Translations under genes and position numbers: made by a program
DNA from: a virus
IMG/VR virus record: IMGVR_UViG_3300045988_173816
Location: 96,001-160,000 of that record
Reading direction: 5' to 3' (one strand)
Length of the DNA stretch: 64,000 nt
Shown: piece by piece, positions 37,233 to 44,883 of the stretch
How positions within the stretch are numbered: the first letter of the stretch is position 1
Layout: every line of letters begins with the position of its first letter
Notes under the pieces: generated by a model
The model's input: the letters and a program-made list of their open reading frames with translations, nothing else
What the model was told of the DNA's origin: nothing
Databases searched by the model: none

Positions 37233-38451
37233 ACTAAAACTAACCATGGAGCAAGAAAGTCTTGCATGGTGGTATAGTAAGGTCTCACGCAACTATTGGA
37301 ACCTCTTAGTTGATATTGATAAACGTAATAATAAAGGTGAATTTGATGAAATTTTGAGTAGAAATGGGAATAAAACTTATTACTCAAAATTCTATGATAG
37401 AGATATTTATAGTCTCAGTCAATCCGATTATCTCAACCTTGCTAAGATTGTTGTCGCTAAAAACTATGATGAAGATGATGAAGCATGGTCTTGGTATTAT
37501 CAACCGAATCAATCGTTTATCTATGCTTTTCTTGTTAAAGAATTAGTAAAAATTAAGATACAAAATAAAGGTAGATTAAAATTTAGAAGTATCGATAAGA
37601 TTCGACCAAGCTTCAATGTTCGTTGTGATATTTCAGCTGATAAGAAACGCTCTAGTCGTATTTATCTAAAAGATAACGGTAAACTTCAAATTCCGACTCT
37701 CGGAGATGTTAATTTCGGTTCCACTAGAAAAGATTTCGATTTATCAGGTAAGAAACAAGTTGCTAATATTTCCTTTGATGGGAAGTATTGGTACTTGTCA
37801 TACATGGTAGAGATTGAAGTTCAAGTTACTGATTTACCAGATTATACAGATGGTGTTGGAGTGGATTTAGGTATTAAAACTCTTGCGACTGTTTCTGATG
37901 GTACTATTGTGCCTAATATCAAGACATTCAGACGAGTTCGTATCTTAAACAAGCGCTTGAAACGATTACAACGTAAAGTTTCTCGTAAATACCTTATCAA
38001 TAAATGCAACAAACACAATAAAACAAAGAACATTATTAAGCTAGAAAGAGAAATTAAATTGATACACCGTTCACTAAGGAACATTCGTATCAATCATATT
38101 CGTAAATTTGTCTCAGAGTTGGTTAAGAAACAACCACAATATATTGCAATCGAGGACTTGAACGTAAAAGGAATGATGAAGAACAAACGTCTTGCAAAAG
38201 ATATTGCGAATTGTTCCTTTTATACTATCAGAGAACACCTTATTAGAAAGGCGAAAGAGCGCCAAATAGCGGTTAGGTTGGTAGATAGGTTTTATCCTTC
38301 TAGTAAGACTTGTTCAAAGTGTGGTAGTTACAAACAGGATTTAAAACTCAGTCAAAGAGTGTATCCTTGTAATAACTGCCAAGAGAAGATAGATAGAGAT
38401 TTCAACGCTTCGATAAATATTGCAAGAACAGACAGATATATCCTAGCTTAA
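37210..38451 (+). CDS. tnpB: TnpB (IS200/IS605-family OrfB) RNA-guided endonuclease, catalytic residues intact
   Basis: RuvC-I GVDLGIKTLATVSDG, RuvC-II YIAIEDLNVKGM, zinc finger CSKCG..CNNCQ, RuvC-III DRDFNASINIA. Confidence 0.9.
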   Translation: MMRSQKLRLKLTMEQESLAWWYSKVSRNYWNLLVDIDKRNNKGEFDEILSRNGNKTYYSKFYDRDIYSLSQSDYLNLAKIVVAKNYDEDDEAWSWYYQPNQSFIYAFLVKELVKIKIQNKGRLKFRSIDKIRPSFNVRCDISADKKRSSRIYLKDNGKLQIPTLGDVNFGSTRKDFDLSGKKQVANISFDGKYWYLSYMVEIEVQVTDLPDYTDGVGVDLGIKTLATVSDGTIVPNIKTFRRVRILNKRLKRLQRKVSRKYLINKCNKHNKTKNIIKLEREIKLIHRSLRNIRINHIRKFVSELVKKQPQYIAIEDLNVKGMMKNKRLAKDIANCSFYTIREHLIRKAKERQIAVRLVDRFYPSSKTCSKCGSYKQDLKLSQRVYPCNNCQEKIDRDFNASINIARTDRYILA

Positions 38452-38687
38452 TTGATTTGTTTTATTGCCTTTGGAAACTAGAGGTAACTAGTTTCAGTGG
38501 TAGGTCAGCCGTAAAGCCGAACCACTATAATACACACGCCCTGAAAATTATGAGTATAGCAAACAAAGAGTAGCTTTGGCAAAATTTGGCTCAATATGGG
38601 AATGTCAACTGTGTTATTCAATTTTTGATTTTTAGCACTTTTGACTGACGGTTAACTTATCGAACTTCACAAAGCGAAAACGCTTTG
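38452..38687 (+). ncRNA. candidate omega-RNA scaffold / right end of the element
   Basis: 236-nt non-coding tail directly 3' of tnpB, with stems AGTGGT..ACCACT at 38496-38526 and the terminal hairpin at 38670-38687. The position fits established TnpB omega-RNA biology. Confidence 0.35.
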
Positions 38688-38945
38688 TATATAGACTTAG
38701 TTACGTTAGATAACCAAGCCCTTCAACCGTTTACTATTCAAGTGTATGTGAAGGATAATATTCCTTGGGTGCATTTGTACTATTTTGATAAGAATAAGGT
38801 AAATAAAACAGTGGATGAACCTCTAACTGAGGTTCAAACTACTTTGGCAGATTTAATTAGTGGTATACCAAGTCAAAGTCGTGTGGTAGCTTTTAGAGAC
38901 GCATTATATCTCAATTTAAGAAGTTTTGTTTATTGGGAAGATTAG
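38685..38945 (+). pseudogene. N-terminally truncated small protein abutting the element's right end (paralog of the next gene)
   Basis: LYIDLVTLDNQALQPFTIQVYV...RDALYLNLRSFVYWED aligns with the C-terminal two thirds of 38955..39386. There is no SD, and the N-terminal helix is missing. Confidence 0.5.
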
Positions 38946-38954
38946 AGGTGTAAA

Positions 38955-39386
38955 GTTAGGGTATTCAAAAGCAAAGTAAAAGAAGAATTATTACAAGAGC
39001 TTAAAGATTTTATCTTTTGGTATCGATCTCAACTCGCAAAGGATTTAGTAGGACCTGTATATATTGACGAACCTTTAACTCGTCAAACAGTAGCTAGTGT
39101 AACGGTTTATAATGATTTTTCTGTATCTGTGGGTTTAACTGACCTTAAAGAAAATCCGTTATTTGAATTTGAGATTGATTTTAGGACTACTCTCAATTCA
39201 GAGTATGTAGTTATTAAATACTGTAGTGAAGAAGGGTTGAGTTCTGTTGATACTTTAAGGTTAACTGACACTGAGGGTATCGACCGTTTTCTAGTTCAAG
39301 CTATTAAGGTTATTCCGTCTGAAACTTACATCAAGCATTACTTGAATATTTTCCAAAACCACATTCGTGGTTGGTTAGTTTTATAA
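38955..39386 (+). CDS. small protein, paralog of 38685..38945. No canonical start codon for the full-length reading.
   Basis: The frame is open from 38946 and encodes a family-type N-terminal helix (KSKVKEELLQELKDFIFWYRSQLAKDL) behind an AGAGGTG SD. The first ATG/GTG/TTG is GTG-39129, which is the track ORF. Confidence 0.45.
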   Translation, partial: VRVFKSKVKEELLQELKDFIFWYRSQLAKDLVGPVYIDEPLTRQTVASVTVYNDFSVSVGLTDLKENPLFEFEIDFRTTLNSEYVVIKYCSEEGLSSVDTLRLTDTEGIDRFLVQAIKVIPSETYIKHYLNIFQNHIRGWLVL

Positions 39387-39406
39387 ATAGAATTGAGGTA
39401 AAAACA

Positions 39407-39685
39407 ATGGAAAATCAAACAATTTCAACACGCGGAGTAAGATTGAAGTACAAAGATAGTTATGTCCAAGCAGTCATTCTTCCAGATGGTCGCAAACTAG
39501 CGATTACAGGTAGCACTTATGGTATGGGTGCTCCAATCTCAGCTTTGACAGATATTGCATTGGCTAAGAAGTCAGATTTGAAGTGGGTGTTAAGTGATTT
39601 ATTGACTTATGGGTATCAGGAAGTTGATGGCTCTGCGCATTATGAAGAATTGCGAAATATCGGTAACACTTTACCTTGGAACTAA
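39407..39685 (+). CDS. small protein, paralog of 39707..39985
   Basis: GAGGT SD before ATG-39407. VQAVILPDGRKLAITG aligns with VQFVILDDGRKFAIKG. Confidence 0.8.
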   Translation: MENQTISTRGVRLKYKDSYVQAVILPDGRKLAITGSTYGMGAPISALTDIALAKKSDLKWVLSDLLTYGYQEVDGSAHYEELRNIGNTLPWN

Positions 39686-39706
39686 GTAAAGAAAGTAGGT
39701 AAATAT

Positions 39707-39985
39707 ATGAACAACATTCAATTTCGTTTTGAAACTTCATACGGTTATGATTTTGTCCAATTTGTGATTTTGGATGACGGTCGTAAGTTTGCAATTAAAG
39801 GGCAGATGGGAGTAGGTTTTGCTATTCACCCTAGTTACACAATTTATGTGAAGAAGAAGTCCGAATTGAAAGATTTCTTGGATAAAGCTATTCAATATGA
39901 TGGATATGTTTTAAAAGATAATTACACTGATAGATTAGAACTTCAAACATACGAAGACCATGTTTTTCGTTTCTCATCTAACTAG
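39707..39985 (+). CDS. small protein, paralog of 39407..39685
   Basis: See 39407 for the alignment. Confidence 0.8.
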   Translation: MNNIQFRFETSYGYDFVQFVILDDGRKFAIKGQMGVGFAIHPSYTIYVKKKSELKDFLDKAIQYDGYVLKDNYTDRLELQTYEDHVFRFSSN

Positions 39986-40000
39986 AAAAGGCGGTATCCT

Positions 40001-40210
40001 ATGCGAAATTTTGCCTTATATAATCCGAGTAATGATTTATATGTGTCTTATGTCGTTTTCAATCGTAAGACAAAGAGTTATGATATTGAGTTTACACGTG
40101 ACTTACACTCTATTCGTTTTTGGAAGATTAAGTCAAGTGCAGAAGCTCAGGCACAACGTGTTTTCGATTGGAATAGGAATGTTGCTTTAGAAGTGAGAGA
40201 GCTTCGTTAA
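40001..40210 (+). CDS. 69-aa hypothetical protein
   Basis: ATG follows AAAAGGCGG. The overlapping ORF 39960..40190 was judged spurious. Confidence 0.6.
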   Translation: MRNFALYNPSNDLYVSYVVFNRKTKSYDIEFTRDLHSIRFWKIKSSAEAQAQRVFDWNRNVALEVRELR

Positions 40211-40217
40211 AATGGGC

Positions 40218-40246
40218 TTGACACATTTAGTTTTATTTGTTAAACT
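40218..40246 (+). promoter_or_regulatory. sigma-A type promoter
   Basis: TTGACA, 17 bp spacer, TGtTAAACT. Confidence 0.7.
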
Positions 40247-40395
40247 AATAAAAGTAAAAAACTTAGCTTATTAGGTCTATAACCTAATGGTTGTAGGTCT
40301 ACATAAACTAAGTTTAGTTTATTCTATTCTATTTTATTCTATTCACACTAAACCTTAGTAAAAAATAATATTTTTATTCTAAGGAGGTTTATCTT
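40247..40395 (+). promoter_or_regulatory. 150-nt structured/repetitive 5' leader
   Basis: Hairpin ATTAGGT-CTATA-ACCTAAT (about 40268-40286). ACTTAG/CTAAGT long-range pairing. Direct repeats TTATTCTATTC x2. Confidence 0.35.
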
Positions 40396-41460
40396 ATGGA
40401 TAAACAACAGTTCACAGTGCGTAGGTTCTCACACCTTGTACCTTTACTCAAAACATCTGAGTTGGTTCAAGGGGTTTCACCTTTTAGCCCATTTTCTAGG
40501 TCTACACCGAGCAATGGGTTTCCAAAACCAAGGTTCAATCCTTCAGTACATAAACCTATTTACCTTATGGAGTATGGTGGTCGAACTTATTACTCTAAAA
40601 ACTATACTAGATTTGGTATTTTAGGAACTAAGGTTGTTTTCGGACACCCAGTCGACCTAAAACATAAAGAGTTGAGTTTCTTGGTTCATGACTTTTTGGA
40701 AGTTGATGATGATTTAACCGCTGAAAACATAAAACCACTCACATGGTTCGGTATCCACTCGTTGAATGTAGTCAATAATTTGAGAAGTTTAATTTCGCCT
40801 TTATTTGCTTTGTTAAATTTCTTTAGTAACCTTATTGGGTATCGAGGTTTTGAAGATGCCTTTCTAATTTTTGCCTTGGGTTATTTATATAATTACTATA
40901 TTGGGTTAACTGAACTTTCCATTTGGATTTTTGGTATTTTCTTTGGTTTAAACCTTTTGATAAATTTATTGAATAAGTTTTCTTGGCTTAGAGCTATTAC
41001 TTATTTCCAAGCGTATTTAAACCTTAGAAGTAACCGATTTAAAGAATTTGTAGATAGTCCATTTAATTTAGGTTCAAGTCATAGTTACGTTTCATTTGGG
41101 ACAAATGCTACTTTCCGTAAACCTTGGTATAACTCTACATCAATAATTTCGACTGAGTTGAGCGTTTATGCTTTGGAAGAACAGTTATTCCATACAGTAG
41201 ATTATTACACACACCCTTATAAAGCAACGAAAGATGATTACATAAAAGCCTTTTCTAACTATGAAACTGGGTTTACTCATCTTAATCTTTCAGATTGGTC
41301 TGAGGTTTCATACGTTCTTGAAAAAGCTTTTCAATCAAGAGATTCTGAGTTATTTGGTGCTTTCTTAGAACACTTAGGTCTACCACAAGATGATGAAAAC
41401 TTTAAAACGTGCTTAGTAAATCTAAGAAAGATTGCAGGTTATAAGAGAACAGATGATTAG
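40396..41460 (+). CDS. membrane protein (central TM cluster)
   Basis: AAGGAGG SD. TM helices LISPLFALLNFFSNLIGY, FLIFALGYLYNYYIGL and IWIFGIFFGLNLLINLL. Confidence 0.8.
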   Translation: MDKQQFTVRRFSHLVPLLKTSELVQGVSPFSPFSRSTPSNGFPKPRFNPSVHKPIYLMEYGGRTYYSKNYTRFGILGTKVVFGHPVDLKHKELSFLVHDFLEVDDDLTAENIKPLTWFGIHSLNVVNNLRSLISPLFALLNFFSNLIGYRGFEDAFLIFALGYLYNYYIGLTELSIWIFGIFFGLNLLINLLNKFSWLRAITYFQAYLNLRSNRFKEFVDSPFNLGSSHSYVSFGTNATFRKPWYNSTSIISTELSVYALEEQLFHTVDYYTHPYKATKDDYIKAFSNYETGFTHLNLSDWSEVSYVLEKAFQSRDSELFGAFLEHLGLPQDDENFKTCLVNLRKIAGYKRTDD

Positions 41461-41473
41461 AAATGAGGTTAAG

Positions 41474-41677
41474 GTGACTTTGAAATATAGAACAAAACAT
41501 GTTTCTTCTAAGTCTTCTGACCTTTTAACAGAGCGACTTGATGAAGCTTTTGCAGATGTACAAGATAGAGGTGGTGTTCCTGACTTATCTAGTCTTACGA
41601 TAACGTACACACCGAACCGACTTGAGGGTGAGCAAGGGTATATTGATGCTTACTTTGTTTACATTTTAGAAGATTAG
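41474..41677 (+). CDS. small hypothetical protein (start uncertain)
   Basis: GAGGT SD before GTG-41474 or TTG-41480. Ends ..YFVYILED. Confidence 0.55.
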   Translation: MTLKYRTKHVSSKSSDLLTERLDEAFADVQDRGGVPDLSSLTITYTPNRLEGEQGYIDAYFVYILED

Positions 41678-41764
41678 AACGGAGTCTTGATTATCAAGCA
41701 AACACTCAATAATCAAGACTTCTTTTGCTATACTGAATACAATAAAAATTTGAGGTACAAAATT

Positions 41765-42220
41765 ATGCTCGAAACAAATCGAACAAATGCAAATAATTTT
41801 ATCATTTCCCAAGCGGTATCCGAAGCGGTGGCTTATACTCTTGGTATTGAGGGTTTGACTTTACTTCGAACTGACGTTGGTGGACTGAATGGTTACACTC
41901 AAGTTTATTATTTCTCAAATAATATTCTTTCTCAACTACCAGTTAAGTCTAGTGATAAAACTTTGTTTGATGTTAAACTAATCTTTTTACGACGCGAAGA
42001 TTTAAACATTGAAGAAACATGGAACGGTGAACCTTTATATCTTTATGGAACGGAGCATTACGTTCTTTCTCAAACTTATGTGGACAATCAAGTGGCGGCA
42101 ACTTCTTTCTTTGATACTTTGTATAAGAGTGTAGAACACGAGGTTCTTGCTGAGTTTTATATCTATGACAACGTACTTTATTTAAGTTATGAAGCACTTT
42201 TGGTAGCGAACCAACATTAA
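41765..42220 (+). CDS. hypothetical protein
   Basis: TGAGGT SD lies 9 nt before ATG-41765. The track start TTG-41687 lacks usable SD spacing. Confidence 0.6.
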   Translation: MLETNRTNANNFIISQAVSEAVAYTLGIEGLTLLRTDVGGLNGYTQVYYFSNNILSQLPVKSSDKTLFDVKLIFLRREDLNIEETWNGEPLYLYGTEHYVLSQTYVDNQVAATSFFDTLYKSVEHEVLAEFYIYDNVLYLSYEALLVANQH

Positions 42221-42307
42221 TAGAAAACACACCTCTAAAACCTCTCAGATTGCCTCAGATTTAATTTTAAATGCTTATTCGATAATTTTATAAGGTTTAA
42301 ATTTAAA

Positions 42308-42613
42308 ATGGAGCAGAGAGCGTTTTATGAGGTTTTAGAAAGTTGGTTTAAAATGGTTGGTTCCTACATTGAAATAAAGTATAAAACCAAAGGTGGAGAG
42401 ATTTATTATTCTACTCAAGAAGTCCTTCAGTATGGTTACAGTGAACATTATGGCTGTAAAGTAGCGGTAGTAGATAAAGATTCACCTATGTACTTCTCGT
42501 ATCCCTCTGGTAAATTGTTACTTTCTTTGAACTATGAGTCACAAATTGCAAAGGCACGTGTTACCTCATGGTCTGTTTCTCATAGAGATTTATACGATGC
42601 TTATTACTATTAA
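42308..42613 (+). CDS. hypothetical protein (101 aa)
   Basis: ORF followed directly by a terminator. Confidence 0.65.
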   Translation: MEQRAFYEVLESWFKMVGSYIEIKYKTKGGEIYYSTQEVLQYGYSEHYGCKVAVVDKDSPMYFSYPSGKLLLSLNYESQIAKARVTSWSVSHRDLYDAYYY

Positions 42614-42619
42614 ATCAGT

Positions 42620-42646
42620 AAACTCCTTGACTTTCGAGGAGTTTTG
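42620..42646 (+). terminator. intrinsic terminator overlapping the next promoter
   Basis: AAACTCCT ... AGGAGTTT stem. The -35 TTGACT of the next promoter lies in the loop. Confidence 0.6.
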
Positions 42647-42655
42647 TGTTATACT
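42627..42655 (+). promoter_or_regulatory. sigma-A type promoter
   Basis: TTGACT, 17 bp spacer, TGtTATACT. Confidence 0.7.
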
Positions 42656-42687
42656 AAAAGAAATTTAGATAGGTGGTTTAGACTTAA

Positions 42688-43128
42688 ATGACAAAGAAGT
42701 TTGTTGAAAATGAAGTATTGAAACATCCAAGTCGATATAATGAGAATAAAGTTGAAGCATGGGATTTCACGACTTTTTCTTTGTTCCCTCATACGATTGG
42801 AACAGTCGTTGAATATGTAATTCGTTACAAACATAAAGGTGGTATCCAAGATTTAGAGAAAGCTAAACGTTGGTTGAAGAAAGCTAAACAGTCTTATAAG
42901 TACCTAGCATTGTGTGCTCCTAAACTGAGTGTAACTGAATATTTAGAACTAGCACCAGAGGTGACTAAAGAAAACTTTGCAGATTTGTCTGAGTACCAGT
43001 TGGGTATTTTACGGACTGCTCAAACTTTAACTATGGACTTAGGTAATGAACGATTTTTCAATGAGTGCGTTGGTATTATCGATAATTATTTGAACTTGTT
43101 GATTAAGGTGGAGAAAGAGGGTATTTGA
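42688..43128 (+). CDS. DUF3310-like phage protein
   Basis: VEAWDFTTF...IGTVVEYVIRYKHKGGIQDLEKAKRWLKKA matches the DUF3310 core (..KY..R...K....DL.KA..Y). Confidence 0.55.
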   Translation: MTKKFVENEVLKHPSRYNENKVEAWDFTTFSLFPHTIGTVVEYVIRYKHKGGIQDLEKAKRWLKKAKQSYKYLALCAPKLSVTEYLELAPEVTKENFADLSEYQLGILRTAQTLTMDLGNERFFNECVGIIDNYLNLLIKVEKEGI

Positions 43129-43421
43129 TGTTTCTAGCTTTACTTCAATTTATGGTTGTTTTTATCTACTGCGCGCATGGTTTTGCTTTAGCTTTTGGTT
43201 TAATTGCTCGAAGAGATTCTTTGATTGAGTTGGGTTTAGGTGTCCGTCCAGTTTCGATGTGGTTACTTGCCTTTGCTCTTTACACTGTATTGCTAATTGG
43301 TGTAGATTTCCTTTTAAGTCAACTTCAAATCTCAGATTTGATTTTCTTTCTTACACTGAACGGTTCTGTGTTTTTATTTATGGCTTTGTTGGATATTTGG
43401 TTATTTAAGAAGGTACGGTAA
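43128..43421 (+). CDS. small 3-TM membrane protein (cluster member 1)
   Basis: TGATG overlap with the upstream gene. About 97 aa, highly hydrophobic. Confidence 0.75.
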   Translation: MFLALLQFMVVFIYCAHGFALAFGLIARRDSLIELGLGVRPVSMWLLAFALYTVLLIGVDFLLSQLQISDLIFFLTLNGSVFLFMALLDIWLFKKVR

Positions 43422-43422
43422 C

Positions 43423-43716
43423 ATGATTCAAGTTTTATCCAGTGGTATCGCTATTTTGTACCTAACCAATTTCTTTATTTTAGCTTTTGTTTATGTAAGT
43501 CCATATTTGCAAACTAAGTTTAAGGTGTCTTCAAAAGATGTGTTTAATGCGATTCTTGTTACTATTCTTTACACACTTAGTTTAGTAACTTTGTTTTATG
43601 TAGTGAAAGAATTAGGAATATCAGAGTCTAAGTTGCTTTACACATTTGACGGATTATTATGGTTTTATTTAGTTTGCTTATACGGTTGGTTTATGTTAAG
43701 AGAGGAAAAGAAATGA
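43423..43716 (+). CDS. small 3-TM membrane protein (cluster member 2)
   Basis: Starts 2 nt after the upstream stop. Confidence 0.75.
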   Translation: MIQVLSSGIAILYLTNFFILAFVYVSPYLQTKFKVSSKDVFNAILVTILYTLSLVTLFYVVKELGISESKLLYTFDGLLWFYLVCLYGWFMLREEKK

Positions 43717-43916
43717 ACGTTTCAGAATTGATAGCTTATTTATCACAATTTCCACCAACTAGTTCTGTGGAAGTAAAGATTTCAGGGTTTGATGACTCTG
43801 AGGATGGTCGTCTAAATTTATTTGGAATGGTACATGGTGCTATAAAAACAGAGATTGGGCATCCTCAGTTGATTGCAGAGTTTGATACCTCTGAGCCTTA
43901 TGACTGGAGTAATTAA
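43713..43916 (+). CDS. 67-aa soluble hypothetical protein
   Basis: ATGA overlap. GAGAGG SD. The track start 43659 is internal to the previous gene. Confidence 0.6.
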   Translation: MNVSELIAYLSQFPPTSSVEVKISGFDDSEDGRLNLFGMVHGAIKTEIGHPQLIAEFDTSEPYDWSN

Positions 43917-43917
43917 A

Positions 43918-44235
43918 ATGTTTAGTGATTATTTTAAACATAGATTTAATACTTTTAAGAGTTCTTTAATAGGCTCCTTTTTGTATATTTTACTATCATA
44001 CTTTATGTTGCGTATCTTAGTTAGCTCAAGGTTTTTGTTTACAACTATTTCCTTTGTTTATAACTTTTTAGTAATTGGGTTATTACTCTTCCTTATTCTC
44101 AGTTCTACTGTGTTTTGTGTTGGTTTCCTATACATAATATTTGGTGATGGGGTTCGACAAGACTTTTACGGTGAGGTTGAAATCGATTTTATGAACCTTT
44201 TTAATCTATATGTTTCTATAGTTTTTCCAAAGTAA
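43918..44235 (+). CDS. small membrane protein (cluster member 3)
   Basis: ATG lies 2 nt after the stop. LIGSFLYILLSYFMLRILV.. and LVIGLLLFLILSSTVFCVGFLYIIF. Confidence 0.7.
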   Translation: MFSDYFKHRFNTFKSSLIGSFLYILLSYFMLRILVSSRFLFTTISFVYNFLVIGLLLFLILSSTVFCVGFLYIIFGDGVRQDFYGEVEIDFMNLFNLYVSIVFPK

Positions 44236-44273
44236 TTTAATGAGTCTATTAAGTTTTTAGAGAAGGATTTATA

Positions 44274-44609
44274 ATGTTTACATGGTTTTTATTACTGAGA
44301 GCAATCCACATAACTGTTGTAGCTTTCTTTTATTTTGTTTGCTGGGCATTTATGTTTTGGACAGATACTAAAGGGTACTTTCGATATTATAGTAAAGTCA
44401 GATTTACGTTAAAATCGCTCTTATCTATCCTTTACTTTGTAGATTTCTCTGAACTCCACTCTGTATCTGAGGTTTCAAGTTTCCATATTTGGGTATCCGC
44501 TTTGCTAGTTCTGCTTGACATTGCTGAAATGTGGTCTAGGAGTTATCGAACACTTGGTTTCAAAGAGTTTAAGAAAAACTTTGGTAAAGCAGCTTACTTT
44601 TTCATTTGA
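44274..44609 (+). CDS. small membrane protein (cluster member 4)
   Basis: AGAAGGA SD. 3 TM helices. Confidence 0.75.
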   Translation: MFTWFLLLRAIHITVVAFFYFVCWAFMFWTDTKGYFRYYSKVRFTLKSLLSILYFVDFSELHSVSEVSSFHIWVSALLVLLDIAEMWSRSYRTLGFKEFKKNFGKAAYFFI

Positions 44610-44626
44610 TATAGAAAGTTGGTATT

Positions 44627-44869
44627 TTGGTTATGATTCATGAGTTAAAAATCGCTCCTAACTACTTTGAGAAAGTTGTCTCTAAAGAAAAATCTTTTGA
44701 AGTCCGTTATAATGATAGAAATTTCCAAGTTGGGGATATTCTAAAGTTGATGGAATATACTGAGGGTTCTTATACAGGACGTTCTGTTTATGCTAAAGTA
44801 ACCTATATTCTTCAAGATTTTGAGGGTCTACAACCAAATTTTGTAGCTCTTTCGATTGAATTGATTTAG
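44627..44869 (+). CDS. DUF3850 / ASCH-like (PUA-fold) protein
   Basis: HELKIAPNYFEKVVSKEKSFEVRYNDRNFQVGDILKLMEY..YTGRSV..VTYI matches the DUF3850 consensus. The start is 44627 or ATG-44633. Confidence 0.6.
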   Translation: MVMIHELKIAPNYFEKVVSKEKSFEVRYNDRNFQVGDILKLMEYTEGSYTGRSVYAKVTYILQDFEGLQPNFVALSIELI

Positions 44870-44883
44870 AAAAGAGGTTTTAC

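Larger units (their letters stand above)
36580..38687 (+). mobile_element. IStron-like element: group I ribozyme core, RHH gene, tnpB and a 3' structured tail. No tnpA. Boundaries are tentative.
   Basis: Left side carries two TTGATACAA copies (36580, 36597). Right side carries the hairpin CAAAGCG-AAAA-CGCTTTG at 38670-38687. The region has no GGTATC motif, unlike its flanks. Confidence 0.5.

Noticed and set aside
39960-40190. Alternative-frame ORFs overlapping better genes: 39960..40190, 40436..40624, 50163..50378, 37364..37546, 21031..21228, and the 5' parts of 2694, 9341, 26416, 39371, 41432, 43659, 43873 and 48578.
   Set aside because: They sit embedded in or overlapping longer ORFs with better SD/start geometry, and their products are low-complexity. 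The 5' extensions overlap upstream genes, whereas an internal start lies directly behind an SD.
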